Below, piece by piece: positions 39,968 through 50,267 of a DNA stretch of 64,000 bases. The DNA lies in the NCBI GenBank assembly GCA_016207825.1, contig JACQZI010000027.1, forward strand, positions 66,929-130,928. Direction: 5' to 3'. The notes under the pieces were generated by a model. That model was given only the letters and a program-made list of their open reading frames with translations, searched no databases and was not told where the DNA came from. How positions within the stretch are numbered: the first letter of the stretch is position 1; each line of letters opens with the position of its first letter. This DNA is from Planctomycetota bacterium (lineage in GTDB: Bacteria > Planctomycetota > MHYJ01 > JACQXL01 > JACQZI01). The translations under genes and the position numbers were made by a program.

Positions 39968-40240
39968 ATGGCAGAAAAGAAAGAGGCTTGCGGATGCCAA
40001 GGAACCTGCGGCGGACTGATGACCAAGGTGGAAGCAGCGTTAAATAAAATCCGTCCGATGTTAGCTGCGGACGGCGGTAACGTGGACCTTGTTTCCGTGG
40101 ATGCGGCGAGCGGCGTGGTAAAGGTAAAGCTGGTCGGCGCCTGCGGATGCTGCCCGATGAGCCAGATGACCCTGAAAAACGGGATTGAACAGGCATTGAA
40201 AAAAGCCATTCCGGAAATCAAGAAAGTCGAATCGGTTTAA
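39968..40240 (+). CDS. NifU/NfuA C-terminal domain protein
   Basis: IRPMLAADGGNVDL..LVGACGCCPMSQMTLKNGIE. Confidence 0.92.
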   Translation: MAEKKEACGCQGTCGGLMTKVEAALNKIRPMLAADGGNVDLVSVDAASGVVKVKLVGACGCCPMSQMTLKNGIEQALKKAIPEIKKVESV

Positions 40241-40267
40241 GCCGCATTTCCTATCCAATAGAAGATA

Positions 40268-40302
40268 AGGCGTCCCGACGATTGCGTCGGGACGCCTTTT
40301 TT
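40268..40302 (+). terminator. Rho-independent terminator built on a CCCGAC/GTCGGG palindrome
   Basis: AGGCGTCCCGACG-attg-CGTCGGGACGCCT-TTTTT. Confidence 0.8.
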
Positions 40303-40523
40303 ATTCCACCCGTCTTCGTATATTTCAGGGCTGTCATACTTAATTCCATTGTCTTTTTTTCCGCAAGGGGTGGATAAATTTCTGGGGGCTGTAGTACGCC
40401 TAACTCCATATTTACAAGGGTGTTATGAACTCTGCAGGCTGTATCTCCTTGTTTTATAAGAAATTGGGGCGATTTTCCACCTCTCTGACCACTACCCCCC
40501 CATCCCCACCCTCCCTATGGGGT

Positions 40524-40805
40524 ATTTCTACGGTAGGGAGGGGCGGTCTGTATGGTGGGGATGGTTATTCCGGACGGCAGGGTAGGATGTTCTGTAGGAC
40601 GGGGTAGAATATTCTGTACGGTTGGGAGGGGTGTTCTGCACGGACGGGTAGTGCCCTCCGTACGGACGGGATGGTTATTCCGCAGGGTGGGGAGCAGTGT
40701 TCCGTACGGCAGGGAGTAATCCTCTATTGGGTGGGGATGGATGGTTTATACGGTATGGATATACCCTTCATACGGCAGGTAGGGAGCCTTTGTAGGGAGG
40801 GGCGG
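40524..40805. repeat. Degenerate 22-nt tandem array, about 13 units
   Basis: Core (t)TCYGTACGG..GGG recurs at 40524, 40546, 40568, 40590, 40612, 40634, 40656, 40678, 40700, 40722, 40744, 40766, 40788. Confidence 0.8.
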
Positions 40806-40861
40806 GGGTTTTAAAAAGTTATAAATAGTCGATTAAACGGCATGATAGCTAATGTTTCGCT

Positions 40862-41923
40862 CTACTTCTTTTCCGTTCCTCCATTGGGATTTGCCTCGCT
40901 TGCTTTCTTTGGAATAGGCGGACCGGTTTTGATACTCTCAAAGAAAAACTCGTCTTCATTTCCATTAGCGGGTTTTATTATTAAAGTTCCATATATGTAG
41001 TTGGAACCAGAGGCACGGCCGCGCCAAGTTGACGTGTCACCATTTTTGTTCTTCTGAACGGCTTCCCATTTAGTTTCATTACGATATTTTACATTTGAAT
41101 AATCTGTCGGAGCGTATCCTTGGGATGCAAACACCTTGGAACTCATCTTAGTTTCTGTAAATGTTAGCTGGTCTTTATATGAATTTTCTGTCGTCCAATG
41201 GTGAGCCGCAACACAAACTTTAATTACCCAAACACCATCCGGATATGATTCCCGGACAGGAGGAGTAATCTTTCTCCATTTGTTTTCATTATAGCTCCCA
41301 CATTCCCACTCAGTCGCCAAAGAATATTCATCAGGCCATCGTGTTACAGGTTTTCCCCCTGTATCTTTTCTCCAAAAACCCAGATGATAACTCCCTATAA
41401 ATGTCATCTTCCCGTCTTTTCCATAGTCAGCAGGGAAGGCGCAGAATCCGAACTTGTTTAGATTTGTGTAATCTTTACCGTCGTTATCGTAATCCTGCCT
41501 GTAAGGAACCCCATTTTCATCCAGAGTTATGGCCATATAATAGTAACCTTGTTTTGGAATCGGTTTCTCTGGCGGCACCCATGAATATGCTTCTCTGAGC
41601 GGTGCAAAATCAGCCTGCGCTAATTCGATATCAATATATCCATTCCTTATCGCATAATATCCTGCTACATCCGCCGTCCAAAAGTCTAATTGACCGGTAC
41701 CGCTACTCGACGTACATCTAAAAGGTAAAACACTAGAAATAAACGCTTGGAATTGTTTCAGCACCGCGGCTTCGTTTCTCTCCAAAGCGGTTGGTGTAAA
41801 TAACAAGATTACAATTAGCGTAGTTATAATCAATAAAGACAACAGAACCCAAAGCCGTTTTCTCCTCGGCTTAGCCGAAGTCTGTTCTGCTTGTGTATTT
41901 TTTTCTGGCAGTTCAGATACCAT
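40862..41923 (-). CDS. Membrane-anchored protein with DUF2950-like domain
   Basis: N-terminal TM helix; GYYY..FGFCAFPADYGKDGKMTFI..WRKDTGG. Confidence 0.65.
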   Translation of the reverse strand: MVSELPEKNTQAEQTSAKPRRKRLWVLLSLLIITTLIVILLFTPTALERNEAAVLKQFQAFISSVLPFRCTSSSGTGQLDFWTADVAGYYAIRNGYIDIELAQADFAPLREAYSWVPPEKPIPKQGYYYMAITLDENGVPYRQDYDNDGKDYTNLNKFGFCAFPADYGKDGKMTFIGSYHLGFWRKDTGGKPVTRWPDEYSLATEWECGSYNENKWRKITPPVRESYPDGVWVIKVCVAAHHWTTENSYKDQLTFTETKMSSKVFASQGYAPTDYSNVKYRNETKWEAVQKNKNGDTSTWRGRASGSNYIYGTLIIKPANGNEDEFFFESIKTGPPIPKKASEANPNGGTEKK

Positions 41924-41937
41924 ATTAAACTTGCTTC

Positions 41938-42462
41938 TTATTCCTCGCTTATTTCGGTAAGGATGCCGTTGGTGAAAACCACCTTAGTCGTTTGATAGGG
42001 GCTCCTTTGATAGGTCCATTCCTCGGTCGAGCCGTATTTGCTTAAGTCCGTCTTGGTGCTTACCGGCACGCCCCACGCCATCTTTACCTCAACCGGTTTC
42101 ATGGTGAGAACCAGTTTTTCATTGATGATGTTTTCCACCTTCTCGTCAATATTGCGCCGGTATATCGGGTCGCGTTCGGCAAAGAGCACCCATTCCCTGA
42201 CCGTTTCCCAGATATTGTCCGAAGGGCTGTATTTGCGGCGTTCGATTACTTTTTCGCCTTTGATAAAAACGATATTATCAATATAGTTATTAACATAGAG
42301 CCAGATTTCGTATTTGGTGTACCGGATTTTCATGGTCTCCTTAGGCCTTTCCCAGCCTTTCATAATCCGGAGCTCTTCGGTCAGCATTCCGGGACGGATT
42401 TCCTGGCAGCCGATGGCAAAGAGTAAATAAGTTGATAAGAGGATAAGAAAGAAATATTTCAT
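41938..42462 (-). CDS. Lipoprotein with SmpA/BamE-like repeats
   Basis: AIGC lipobox; GMLTEEL..GW..P and M..EVKMAWGVP..EEWTY..VVFTNG. Confidence 0.65.
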   Translation of the reverse strand: MKYFFLILLSTYLLFAIGCQEIRPGMLTEELRIMKGWERPKETMKIRYTKYEIWLYVNNYIDNIVFIKGEKVIERRKYSPSDNIWETVREWVLFAERDPIYRRNIDEKVENIINEKLVLTMKPVEVKMAWGVPVSTKTDLSKYGSTEEWTYQRSPYQTTKVVFTNGILTEISEE

Positions 42463-42687
42463 AAAATATAAATCTTTAGTAAGCGGATTAAGCCGATTCA
42501 GCCCCACTCTTCCCGCTTCGCGGGATTCGGGGACGCCCGATTAACAATTATTACTTGAATGGGCGCAGATTTTTCTATATCTATTATCAGTTCAATCCAT
42601 TTACTTTACTGATTCTATCATTCCCCCAGTAAAAGGCAACAAATTTTAATAGACAATCGATCCGAATAAAAGTAAAATGACTTCTCT

Positions 42688-43755
42688 ATGATAAAACGCC
42701 ATAAAACAAGAGCAGTCTGGATTGGCAAGGTCAAAGTCGGCGGCGGCGTCCCGGTCTCCGTCCAGTCCATGACCAAGACCAAAACCGAGGATATAAAATC
42801 CACGGTCCGCCAAATCCGCGAACTCGAGGATTTGGGATGCCAGATTATACGCCTGGCAATCCCGCGGATGAGCTCGGCGCAGGCGATTTCCAAGATAAAG
42901 AAACAAATTCATATACCGATAGAGGCGGATATACATTTTAATCCGGAACTGGCTTTGGAAGTAATAAAGCAGGGGGTGAATTCCGTCCGCCTGAATCCGG
43001 GAAATACCACAAACAAAGATGCGATAAGGGAAGTGGTGGCTCAAGCCAAGAAGCGGGAAATACCGATTCGGGTAGGGCTTAATTCCGGTTCGGTGTGGGG
43101 TTATAAGGGTAAAACGGGTAACACGATGGAGCAAAAACTGGTAGCCTGCGCGATAGAATTCAGCCGGTTCCTGGAATCGCTCAAGTTCCGTGATATCATG
43201 GTATCATTAAAGGCGTCCGATGTCGTTTCCACGATTAACGCCTATAGATTAATCGCCCAGAAAACTGATTATCCCTTACATCTTGGCGTGACCGCGGCCG
43301 GGCCGTTAAACAGTTCGATAATAAAATCCGCAATCGGAATCGGCTCGCTCCTGGCGGACGGCATCGGAGATACGATAAGGGTTTCGATAACCGGCACGCC
43401 GCATGACGAGGTGCGCATTGGCCATGAGATTTTGGAATCGCTCGGGTTAGCCAAAAGGCGTAAACCGGAAATAATCGCCTGCCCGACCTGCGGCAGATGC
43501 GAGATTGATATTGTGAAAATTGTGAAGCAAGTGGAATCACTAATCAAAAATCCGAAATCCGAAATCCGAAATCCGAAATTAAAGATTGCGATAATGGGAT
43601 GTGTGGTAAACGGTCCGGGCGAGGCCAGGGAGGCGGATATCGGAATCGCCGGAGGAAAGGATTTCGCTTTCCTCTTCAAGCATGGCAAGAGAATACGCAA
43701 AGTCCCAAGCGGAAAAATCGTCCCGGAATTTATAAAAGAAATAAAGAAATTATAA
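42688..43755 (+). CDS. ispG: (E)-4-hydroxy-3-methylbut-2-enyl-diphosphate synthase
   Basis: VQSMT, ADIHF, RLNPGN, GIGDTIRVS, CPTCGRC, MGCVVNGPGEA. Confidence 0.97.
   Translation: MIKRHKTRAVWIGKVKVGGGVPVSVQSMTKTKTEDIKSTVRQIRELEDLGCQIIRLAIPRMSSAQAISKIKKQIHIPIEADIHFNPELALEVIKQGVNSVRLNPGNTTNKDAIREVVAQAKKREIPIRVGLNSGSVWGYKGKTGNTMEQKLVACAIEFSRFLESLKFRDIMVSLKASDVVSTINAYRLIAQKTDYPLHLGVTAAGPLNSSIIKSAIGIGSLLADGIGDTIRVSITGTPHDEVRIGHEILESLGLAKRRKPEIIACPTCGRCEIDIVKIVKQVESLIKNPKSEIRNPKLKIAIMGCVVNGPGEAREADIGIAGGKDFAFLFKHGKRIRKVPSGKIVPEFIKEIKKL
43549..43576 (+). repeat. Perfect (AATCCGA)x4 inside ispG
   Basis: Read directly from sequence; encodes part of NPKSEIRNPK. Confidence 0.9.
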
Positions 43756-43798
43756 CTCTTAAACTTTTAAACCCTTGAACTTTTAAACCAAGGAGCTT

Positions 43799-45772
43799 AT
43801 GTCCCAGCGCAGAATTACTGCCATACTAATTGTCATCTTCCTGCTTTTCGGCTTACTGGAGGTGAAATTGTTTTCTCTCCAAATACTTAACGGTTCGTAT
43901 TACAAGGTGGAAGCGCAGAAACGGAGCATGCGGATAGAATTGATTCCGGCATTACGCGGAAAGATTCTTGACCGTAATGGCAAAATATTAGCAGAGGATA
44001 AAACCGCTTTTGATATGTATATTGTCCCGGCGCAGATTAATAAGAAGCCGGATACGATTCCGGCGTTGGCAAAAGTGCTGGGGGTGAAGAAAGAGGATGT
44101 AGAAAAGAAGTTCAAAGATATCATAAACCAGATTAACCGTAAGGCGGAAGGCAAAACCGAACGCGAAGCCAAGAAAATCATCACGCGAGAGATGCGCGGT
44201 TCTTATAAAATCTGGGTGAATGTCAGCCTGGATACGGTGGTGGAGATAGAAGCCAATCCAACGCGCTATCCGGGAGTCTTTGTCGAGGAAAAAGTCAAGC
44301 GAGCTTATCTTTATGACGACCTGGCATGCCATATCATCGGCTATATGGGGCAGATTTCCTCAGAAGAGTACCAGTATCTGAAGAAAAAGGATTATTTCGT
44401 CCAGCACATGAACCCGATGGTGGATGATACCACCTGCCAGATACTGGAGGATAAGGGCGAGTTTATTGCCAAGCAGTTCGGCAGGTTCGGAGTGGAGAAA
44501 AGCTTTCAGGAAGAGCTTACCGGTGTAGACGGCGTGCGCACGGTGGAGATGGATTTTATCAACCGGGTGGAAAAAGAACTCAGCCGTTTCCCTCCGACCG
44601 ATGGGAAGGATATTTACCTGACGATAGATGCAGGCTTGCAGAAACAGATAGAAACGCTTCTTAAGGATAAAGTGGGCAATACCAAAGCCGGCTCAGTTAT
44701 CGTGATGGACGTTACCAACGGAGAAATCCTGGCAATGGCGAGTGCGCCCGGATTTAATCCGAATCTTTTGCAGAGCCCGGTTTCCAAGGAAACAGTCGAT
44801 TATATTTTCCACCATCCCAAACAGCCGCTTTTTAACCGGGTGATTGCCGGGCAATACGCGCCGGGCTCGCTTTTTAAGATTGTCACGGCGACGGCTGGGT
44901 TGCAGGAAAACAAGATAAGCAGTTCCACTTATTTTAATTGTGACGGGTATTATTCGAGAAGCTCCAAACACTTCAAGTGCTGGATAGCCGAGCATAACCG
45001 TGAGCACGGTTCTATGAATGTGGTAAGCGGGCTCCAGCATTCCTGCAACGTGTTTTTCTTTAATACGGGCAGGGTTACCGGAGAGGAAAACATCCTCGGC
45101 TGGGCGGCCCGTTACGGCTACGGCAAGAAGAGCGGCATTGACCTTAAAGGCGAGGTGGAAGGATTGCTCCCTTCTCCGGAACAAAAACTGCATCGATATA
45201 AGCAAAAATGGGCCGTAGCCGATACACTTAATATATCCATTGGACAGGGTGATTTAATGGTAACGCCGATACAGGTCGTGCGGATGATGGCGGCGGTTGC
45301 CAACGATGGGCTTCTTTTGACTCCGCGTATCATAAAGAATGATGTTAAATCGTTATTCCTATCCGAGCCATCCGGCGAAATAACCCAGCAGAGGGGGGAA
45401 GAGCTTAATATTTCAAACGAAGCGCTTTCTTTGATAAGGCGGGGTTTATATGAAGTGGTCCATTCACCAGGCGGAACGGCAAACGGCCTGGGATTGAATG
45501 CGTTTCCGGTTGCCGGAAAGACAAGCACCGCGGAAACAGGGACCGCGACGATAGAGCGTTTGCCGCACGCCTGGTTTACCGGTTTTGCGCCCTACGACCC
45601 TTCAGATTCCTCAGGACGAACCGGCAAGCCGCGCTTTGCCTTTGTGGTAATGATTGAACAGGGCGGAAAAGGAAGCGCGACCTCGGTGCCCATTACCGCC
45701 GGTTTTATGGAGACCGCTTTGAACGTTGTCGGAGTGGAAACTTCCTCCGAAAAAGAGAAGGATGAGGAATAG
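43799..45772 (+). CDS. mrdA: Penicillin-binding protein 2
   Basis: RGKILDRNG, PGSLFK (SxxK), SCN, AGKT; adjacent to rodA. Confidence 0.92.
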   Translation: MSQRRITAILIVIFLLFGLLEVKLFSLQILNGSYYKVEAQKRSMRIELIPALRGKILDRNGKILAEDKTAFDMYIVPAQINKKPDTIPALAKVLGVKKEDVEKKFKDIINQINRKAEGKTEREAKKIITREMRGSYKIWVNVSLDTVVEIEANPTRYPGVFVEEKVKRAYLYDDLACHIIGYMGQISSEEYQYLKKKDYFVQHMNPMVDDTTCQILEDKGEFIAKQFGRFGVEKSFQEELTGVDGVRTVEMDFINRVEKELSRFPPTDGKDIYLTIDAGLQKQIETLLKDKVGNTKAGSVIVMDVTNGEILAMASAPGFNPNLLQSPVSKETVDYIFHHPKQPLFNRVIAGQYAPGSLFKIVTATAGLQENKISSSTYFNCDGYYSRSSKHFKCWIAEHNREHGSMNVVSGLQHSCNVFFFNTGRVTGEENILGWAARYGYGKKSGIDLKGEVEGLLPSPEQKLHRYKQKWAVADTLNISIGQGDLMVTPIQVVRMMAAVANDGLLLTPRIIKNDVKSLFLSEPSGEITQQRGEELNISNEALSLIRRGLYEVVHSPGGTANGLGLNAFPVAGKTSTAETGTATIERLPHAWFTGFAPYDPSDSSGRTGKPRFAFVVMIEQGGKGSATSVPITAGFMETALNVVGVETSSEKEKDEE

Positions 45773-45857
45773 AATACTAGATAACCGGGGGATCCCGACC
45801 GAAGTCGGGATAATCTGGTATTCTGATTCTCTGATGTTCTGATATACTGTAAAACAT

Positions 45858-46979
45858 ATGCCGCGCAGTTTAAATTCAGTCGTAATCATCCCGATGCTTC
45901 TACTTACATTAATAGGCATCATCGCCATCTGGAGCGCCGCGCCGGATGTTTCTGATAAGTTAACCGGCCTGTCCAGAATATTTGCCAATCAGGCGGTTAA
46001 GCAGATTGCTTTTACGCTCGTTGCGCTTCTAGCTTTCGGGATAATACTTCTGGTCAACTATTATAAACTGAAGGATTATACTTATGCGTTATACATCGGA
46101 CTTTTGGTTTTGATTTTATTGCTGATAGCCTGGGGCCGGGTATCGCACGGAGCCCGTCGCTGGTTCCAGCTGGGGCCTTTTGCTTTGCAGCCATCAGAAT
46201 TTATGAAAATCGTGCTGGTTCTTATGCTTGCCCGGATAATGATGCATAAGCGCAATGTCGAACGCTTCAGGGATTTATTTGTCCCTTTGATTGTTACGCT
46301 CATTCCTTTCGGACTGGTTTTTCTCCAGCCCAGTTTAGGGACGGCCCTTTTGTTTCTGCCTACATTTGTCGTGATGGTTTTTGTTTCAGGAACGCCTGCC
46401 AGGAATATTATTATTATGTTTGTCGTTATCGCAATTATTGCCCCGATAGGGTATTTCTTTGTGCTTAAGGATTACCAGCGTTACCGTTTGCTCGGATTTC
46501 TTACCCCATCAACGATACCTTCGAGCGAAGGTTTCCAGTTGATTCAATCCAAAGTGGCAGTTGGCTCGGGAAGCATCATCGGGCGCGGATGGGGAGAAGG
46601 TGATTCTTCCGGTTCACTCTTCGTTCCGGAACGGCATAATGATTTTATCTTTACCACCATAAGCGAGGAATGGGGCTTCGTCGGGAGCTCGCTGGTGATT
46701 GTTTTATACCTGATAATGTATCTGGGGGCGGTTTTTATCGCTTATAATACCAGGGAGCCTTTCGGGCGGCTTGCTATACTCGGTTTGGTCACCTATTTAA
46801 CGGCGCAGACTTTTATCAATATCGGAATGACGATAGGGTTTGCGCCGATTACGGGCTTGCCCATGCCTTTCGTCAGTTACGGAGGTTCTTCGCTTCTTTC
46901 TTCTTATATTGCCATGGGATTGATTGTCAATATCGGGGTGAACCAGCTTCCTTCATTTGCCTCAAGGGATTTTGAATAA
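45858..46979 (+). CDS. rodA: Rod shape-determining protein RodA (SEDS)
   Basis: GARRW, QPSEFMK, PERHNDFIF, EEWGF, PITGLPMPFVSYGGSS. Confidence 0.92.
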   Translation: MPRSLNSVVIIPMLLLTLIGIIAIWSAAPDVSDKLTGLSRIFANQAVKQIAFTLVALLAFGIILLVNYYKLKDYTYALYIGLLVLILLLIAWGRVSHGARRWFQLGPFALQPSEFMKIVLVLMLARIMMHKRNVERFRDLFVPLIVTLIPFGLVFLQPSLGTALLFLPTFVVMVFVSGTPARNIIIMFVVIAIIAPIGYFFVLKDYQRYRLLGFLTPSTIPSSEGFQLIQSKVAVGSGSIIGRGWGEGDSSGSLFVPERHNDFIFTTISEEWGFVGSSLVIVLYLIMYLGAVFIAYNTREPFGRLAILGLVTYLTAQTFINIGMTIGFAPITGLPMPFVSYGGSSLLSSYIAMGLIVNIGVNQLPSFASRDFE

Positions 46980-46990
46980 AGCCGGGTTGG

Positions 46991-48214
46991 TTACTCGTAT
47001 CTTAAAGCTTCTATAGGATTAAGCCGGGATGCCCTCCATGCCGGGAAAAAACCGAAGAATATCCCGACTGCTGCAGAGAAAACAAAAGCCAGGACAGCCG
47101 ATTGCGCCGAAACCAGGACGGGCCAGCCGTTGGAATTAGCGATGATTTGCGCTGCAGTGCCGCCAAGGATTATCCCGAAAATGCCCCCAATTCCGGCCAG
47201 GACCATGGCTTCCACCAGGAATTGTAATAAGATATCCTTGCTGCGTGCGCCGACTGCCATGCGCAGCCCGATTTCGCGCGTCCGTTCCGTAACCGAGACG
47301 AGCATGATATTCATGATGCCGATTCCGCCGACAATCAGTGAAATAGAGGCGATTACCGCCAAAAGGAGTGTCATCAGGGTTGAAGTGCTGGTGATAGCCT
47401 CGGTTATTTCTGCCGTATCAACGATGCTGAAATCGTCGTCGGTTCCTTCTCCCAGTTTGTGGCGTTGCCGTAAAATGGATGTAATATCGGCTTTAGCAGG
47501 CTCGATTGTTTTTATCGAGGTGGCGCTGACCAGGAGCTGGTTGACGCTGTTAAAAGAACCTCTCTGTAGAAAGCGGCTGACCGATGACCAGGGGGCGATG
47601 ATTACATCATCCTGGTCCTGCCCGAAAGCGGCGCTTCCTTTCTTTTCCATCAAGCCTATTATCCTGAAAGGCATATTTCTGATGCGGATTGTTTTTCCGA
47701 CAGGCGATTCCGTATTGAATAATTCCTTGGCGACCGTCGCGCCGACAACGCATACTTTAGAAGCGGCTTTGACATCCGAATCGGTAAAAAAGGCGCCTTC
47801 TTTTACCTGCCAATTCCTTACTTCCAGATAACTCGGAGAGACGCCGCTCACGCTGACGCCCCAGTTTTTATCCTGATAAATTGCCTGGCCGCCTGCCCGG
47901 ACCATGGGAGAGACCGCTTTGACGTAAGGGCATTCATTCATAATCGCATCGGCATCCTGCGCTGTCAGCGTGGAGCGGGTGCCGGCGCCGAAGTGGAATC
48001 CTCCGGAAGAGGCGCTGCCCGGAAATATCATCAGGATGTTATCGCCCATGCTGCTGATTTGTTCTTCTATCATCACGGTGGCTCCCTGGCCGACCGCCAC
48101 CACTGCAATTACCGCGGCAATGCCGATGATGATGCCCAGCATGGTCAGGATAGAGCGGACTTTGTTCCTTATCAGCGCCCGCAGGGCGACTTTTAATGTA
48201 AGAAATAAGCTCAT
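46991..48214 (-). CDS. MacB-like ABC permease
   Basis: RSILTMLGIIIG, GGIGIMNIMLVSVTERTREIG, LNPIEALRYE. Confidence 0.93.
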   Translation of the reverse strand: MSLFLTLKVALRALIRNKVRSILTMLGIIIGIAAVIAVVAVGQGATVMIEEQISSMGDNILMIFPGSASSGGFHFGAGTRSTLTAQDADAIMNECPYVKAVSPMVRAGGQAIYQDKNWGVSVSGVSPSYLEVRNWQVKEGAFFTDSDVKAASKVCVVGATVAKELFNTESPVGKTIRIRNMPFRIIGLMEKKGSAAFGQDQDDVIIAPWSSVSRFLQRGSFNSVNQLLVSATSIKTIEPAKADITSILRQRHKLGEGTDDDFSIVDTAEITEAITSTSTLMTLLLAVIASISLIVGGIGIMNIMLVSVTERTREIGLRMAVGARSKDILLQFLVEAMVLAGIGGIFGIILGGTAAQIIANSNGWPVLVSAQSAVLAFVFSAAVGIFFGFFPAWRASRLNPIEALRYE

Positions 48215-48218
48215 ATTG

Positions 48219-48905
48219 TTAATTTGGGACGATTTGCCCGTCCCTTATATGTATCAGCCTTTTAGCGTATTTGGCAATATCGTGTTCGTGGGTAATAAGA
48301 ATTATCGTGATGCCTTCCTTGTTAAACTGGTTAAAGACATCCATTATTTCTTCGCTTGATTTGGTATCGAGGTTTCCTGTCGGCTCGTCAGCCAGGATAA
48401 TCGGCGGTTGGTTAATCAAGGCGCGGGCGATTGCCACCCTTTGCTGCTGCCCCCCGGAAAGCTGGCTGGGGTGATGGTATATTCTATCGCTGAGGCCTAA
48501 GCGCTTCAGCATATTTATGGCTTTCTCTTTTTTCTGTCGCCCGGAAAGGGCGTCACCATTTTCTCCCAGGCTGTAAAACAAAGGCAATTCCACATTTTCC
48601 AGGGCGGTGGTGCGCGGCAGGAGATTAAAGCTCTGGAAGACAAAGCCGATTTTCTTATTACGTATTTGAGCCAGGGCGTTGCGGTTTAAGCCGGTCACTT
48701 CTTTATCTTCCAGTAAATACTGCCCGTCGGTGGGCTGGTCCAGGAATCCGATAATATTCATAAGTGTGGTTTTCCCTGAACCGGAAGCGCCCATGACAGC
48801 GACGAATTCACCTTTATCAATATTAAGCGAAACGCCCCTTAAAGCGGGGATTTCTATCTCGCCAACCTTGTAAGTTTTAGTTATACGGTTAAGAGTAATA
48901 AGCAT
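48219..48905 (-). CDS. ABC ATP-binding protein (MacB/LolD type)
   Basis: [28 protein letters not shown]. Confidence 0.95.
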   Translation of the reverse strand: MLITLNRITKTYKVGEIEIPALRGVSLNIDKGEFVAVMGASGSGKTTLMNIIGFLDQPTDGQYLLEDKEVTGLNRNALAQIRNKKIGFVFQSFNLLPRTTALENVELPLFYSLGENGDALSGRQKKEKAINMLKRLGLSDRIYHHPSQLSGGQQQRVAIARALINQPPIILADEPTGNLDTKSSEEIMDVFNQFNKEGITIILITHEHDIAKYAKRLIHIRDGQIVPN

Positions 48906-48908
48906 AAT

Positions 48909-50267
48909 TTAACGCCTGCGCCCCGGACTGGGCATAAAAGGGTTGGTTTTTGTCGTTGTTTCCGTCGTGTCTGTAATTCCGGTGACGATTTCCATCCCGT
49001 CAGAGACCTCCCCTTTTATTATTTCCGTGAAAGAGCCGTCTGAAATACCGGTTATTATGGGGATGGATTTTAGGAGCTTTTTGTCTGTCAGGACCCAGAG
49101 CTTGCTTTTTTGCATTCCTGTTTTTGACATGGAACTTCTTCTGCCAGGGCCGTGGTCGCTTGAGAAGCCCGGCCTTTCGCGCCTCATGGAAGATCTTGTC
49201 CTTGAAGAATCCGTTCCAGATATGCTTGAAGGTCCCCGTTCTCCCGGAAGGGCCGGAAATTCAGCTTCAGCGGTTTTGGAGATTGAATCCGTTTCCGCAA
49301 CAAGGCTTTCATCCGGAATAAAGCGCAGGGCGGAGTTGGGGACTTTGAATACATCCATGCGGCGTTCTACTTCAATGGTGAGGTTGGCGGTCATGCCAGG
49401 AAATAATTTTTCATCCGGGTTTTCGGCGCTGATAATAACCGTATAGGTTACCACGTTGGAAACCGATGTGGCGGAAAGCCTTACCTGGGTTACCACACCG
49501 AAAAACTCTATGTCCGGGTAAGCGTCTACGGTGAATTTTACCGGCTGCCTTTCTTTTATTTGCCCGATATCGGATTCGGGAATGTTTGCCTGTATTTGTA
49601 TTTGTTTTAAATCCGTGGCGATAATGAAAATCATCTGGGCAGACGTGCTACCTACCACCATTTGTCCTTCATCCACATTGCGTGATATGACTATCCCGTC
49701 CACCGGGGATTTTATCGTTGTATATGCCAGGTCTACTTCCGAAGATTGCAAAGCTGATCTGCTTTGGTCGACCGAAGCCAGAGAGACTTTAAGCTGTGCG
49801 GAAATGGAATCGTAATTTGCAATCGCCGCGTCTAATTCAGATGTGGAAATCAAATCGCGCTCGGCGAGTTTTTTGGAGCGGGTAAGTTCGTTTTGCGCCT
49901 GCAATAAGCTGGCACGGACGCGTTCCACATCGGCTTCACTGCGGATTAAATTAGCTTTGCTTTGGGCGACCTTTGTTTCATAAACCGCCGGGTCTATCTG
50001 GGCGACGATTTGCCCTTCGGTTACCTTGGAATTATAATCGGCATATAGTTTGAGAATCGGGCCTGTTACCTGGGTGCCGACCTGGACCTGTTTTAAGGGT
50101 TTTACTTCGCCCGTAGCACCGACAGTTTGAATGACGTTCCCTTTTTCAACCGTGGCGGTTCGGAAGCTTGTCGAGCCGGCGTCTTTTCTGAAGAGTTTCA
50201 ATCCTGCCCAGCTCAAGAAGGCGATTACAACGATGATAATAAGAAGCTTAAGTTTTTTCATGATCAT
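48909..50267 (-). CDS. MacA-like periplasmic adaptor
   Basis: VGTQVTG, IKSPVDGIVI, FTVDAYP, LFPGMTA. Confidence 0.92.
   Translation of the reverse strand: MIMKKLKLLIIIVVIAFLSWAGLKLFRKDAGSTSFRTATVEKGNVIQTVGATGEVKPLKQVQVGTQVTGPILKLYADYNSKVTEGQIVAQIDPAVYETKVAQSKANLIRSEADVERVRASLLQAQNELTRSKKLAERDLISTSELDAAIANYDSISAQLKVSLASVDQSRSALQSSEVDLAYTTIKSPVDGIVISRNVDEGQMVVGSTSAQMIFIIATDLKQIQIQANIPESDIGQIKERQPVKFTVDAYPDIEFFGVVTQVRLSATSVSNVVTYTVIISAENPDEKLFPGMTANLTIEVERRMDVFKVPNSALRFIPDESLVAETDSISKTAEAEFPALPGERGPSSISGTDSSRTRSSMRRERPGFSSDHGPGRRSSMSKTGMQKSKLWVLTDKKLLKSIPIITGISDGSFTEIIKGEVSDGMEIVTGITDTTETTTKTNPFMPSPGRRR

Noticed and set aside
40524-40805. CRISPR array (also considered for 18700-18980)
   Set aside because: Units are degenerate and contiguous with a 22-nt period; no conserved repeat plus unique spacer, and no cas genes.
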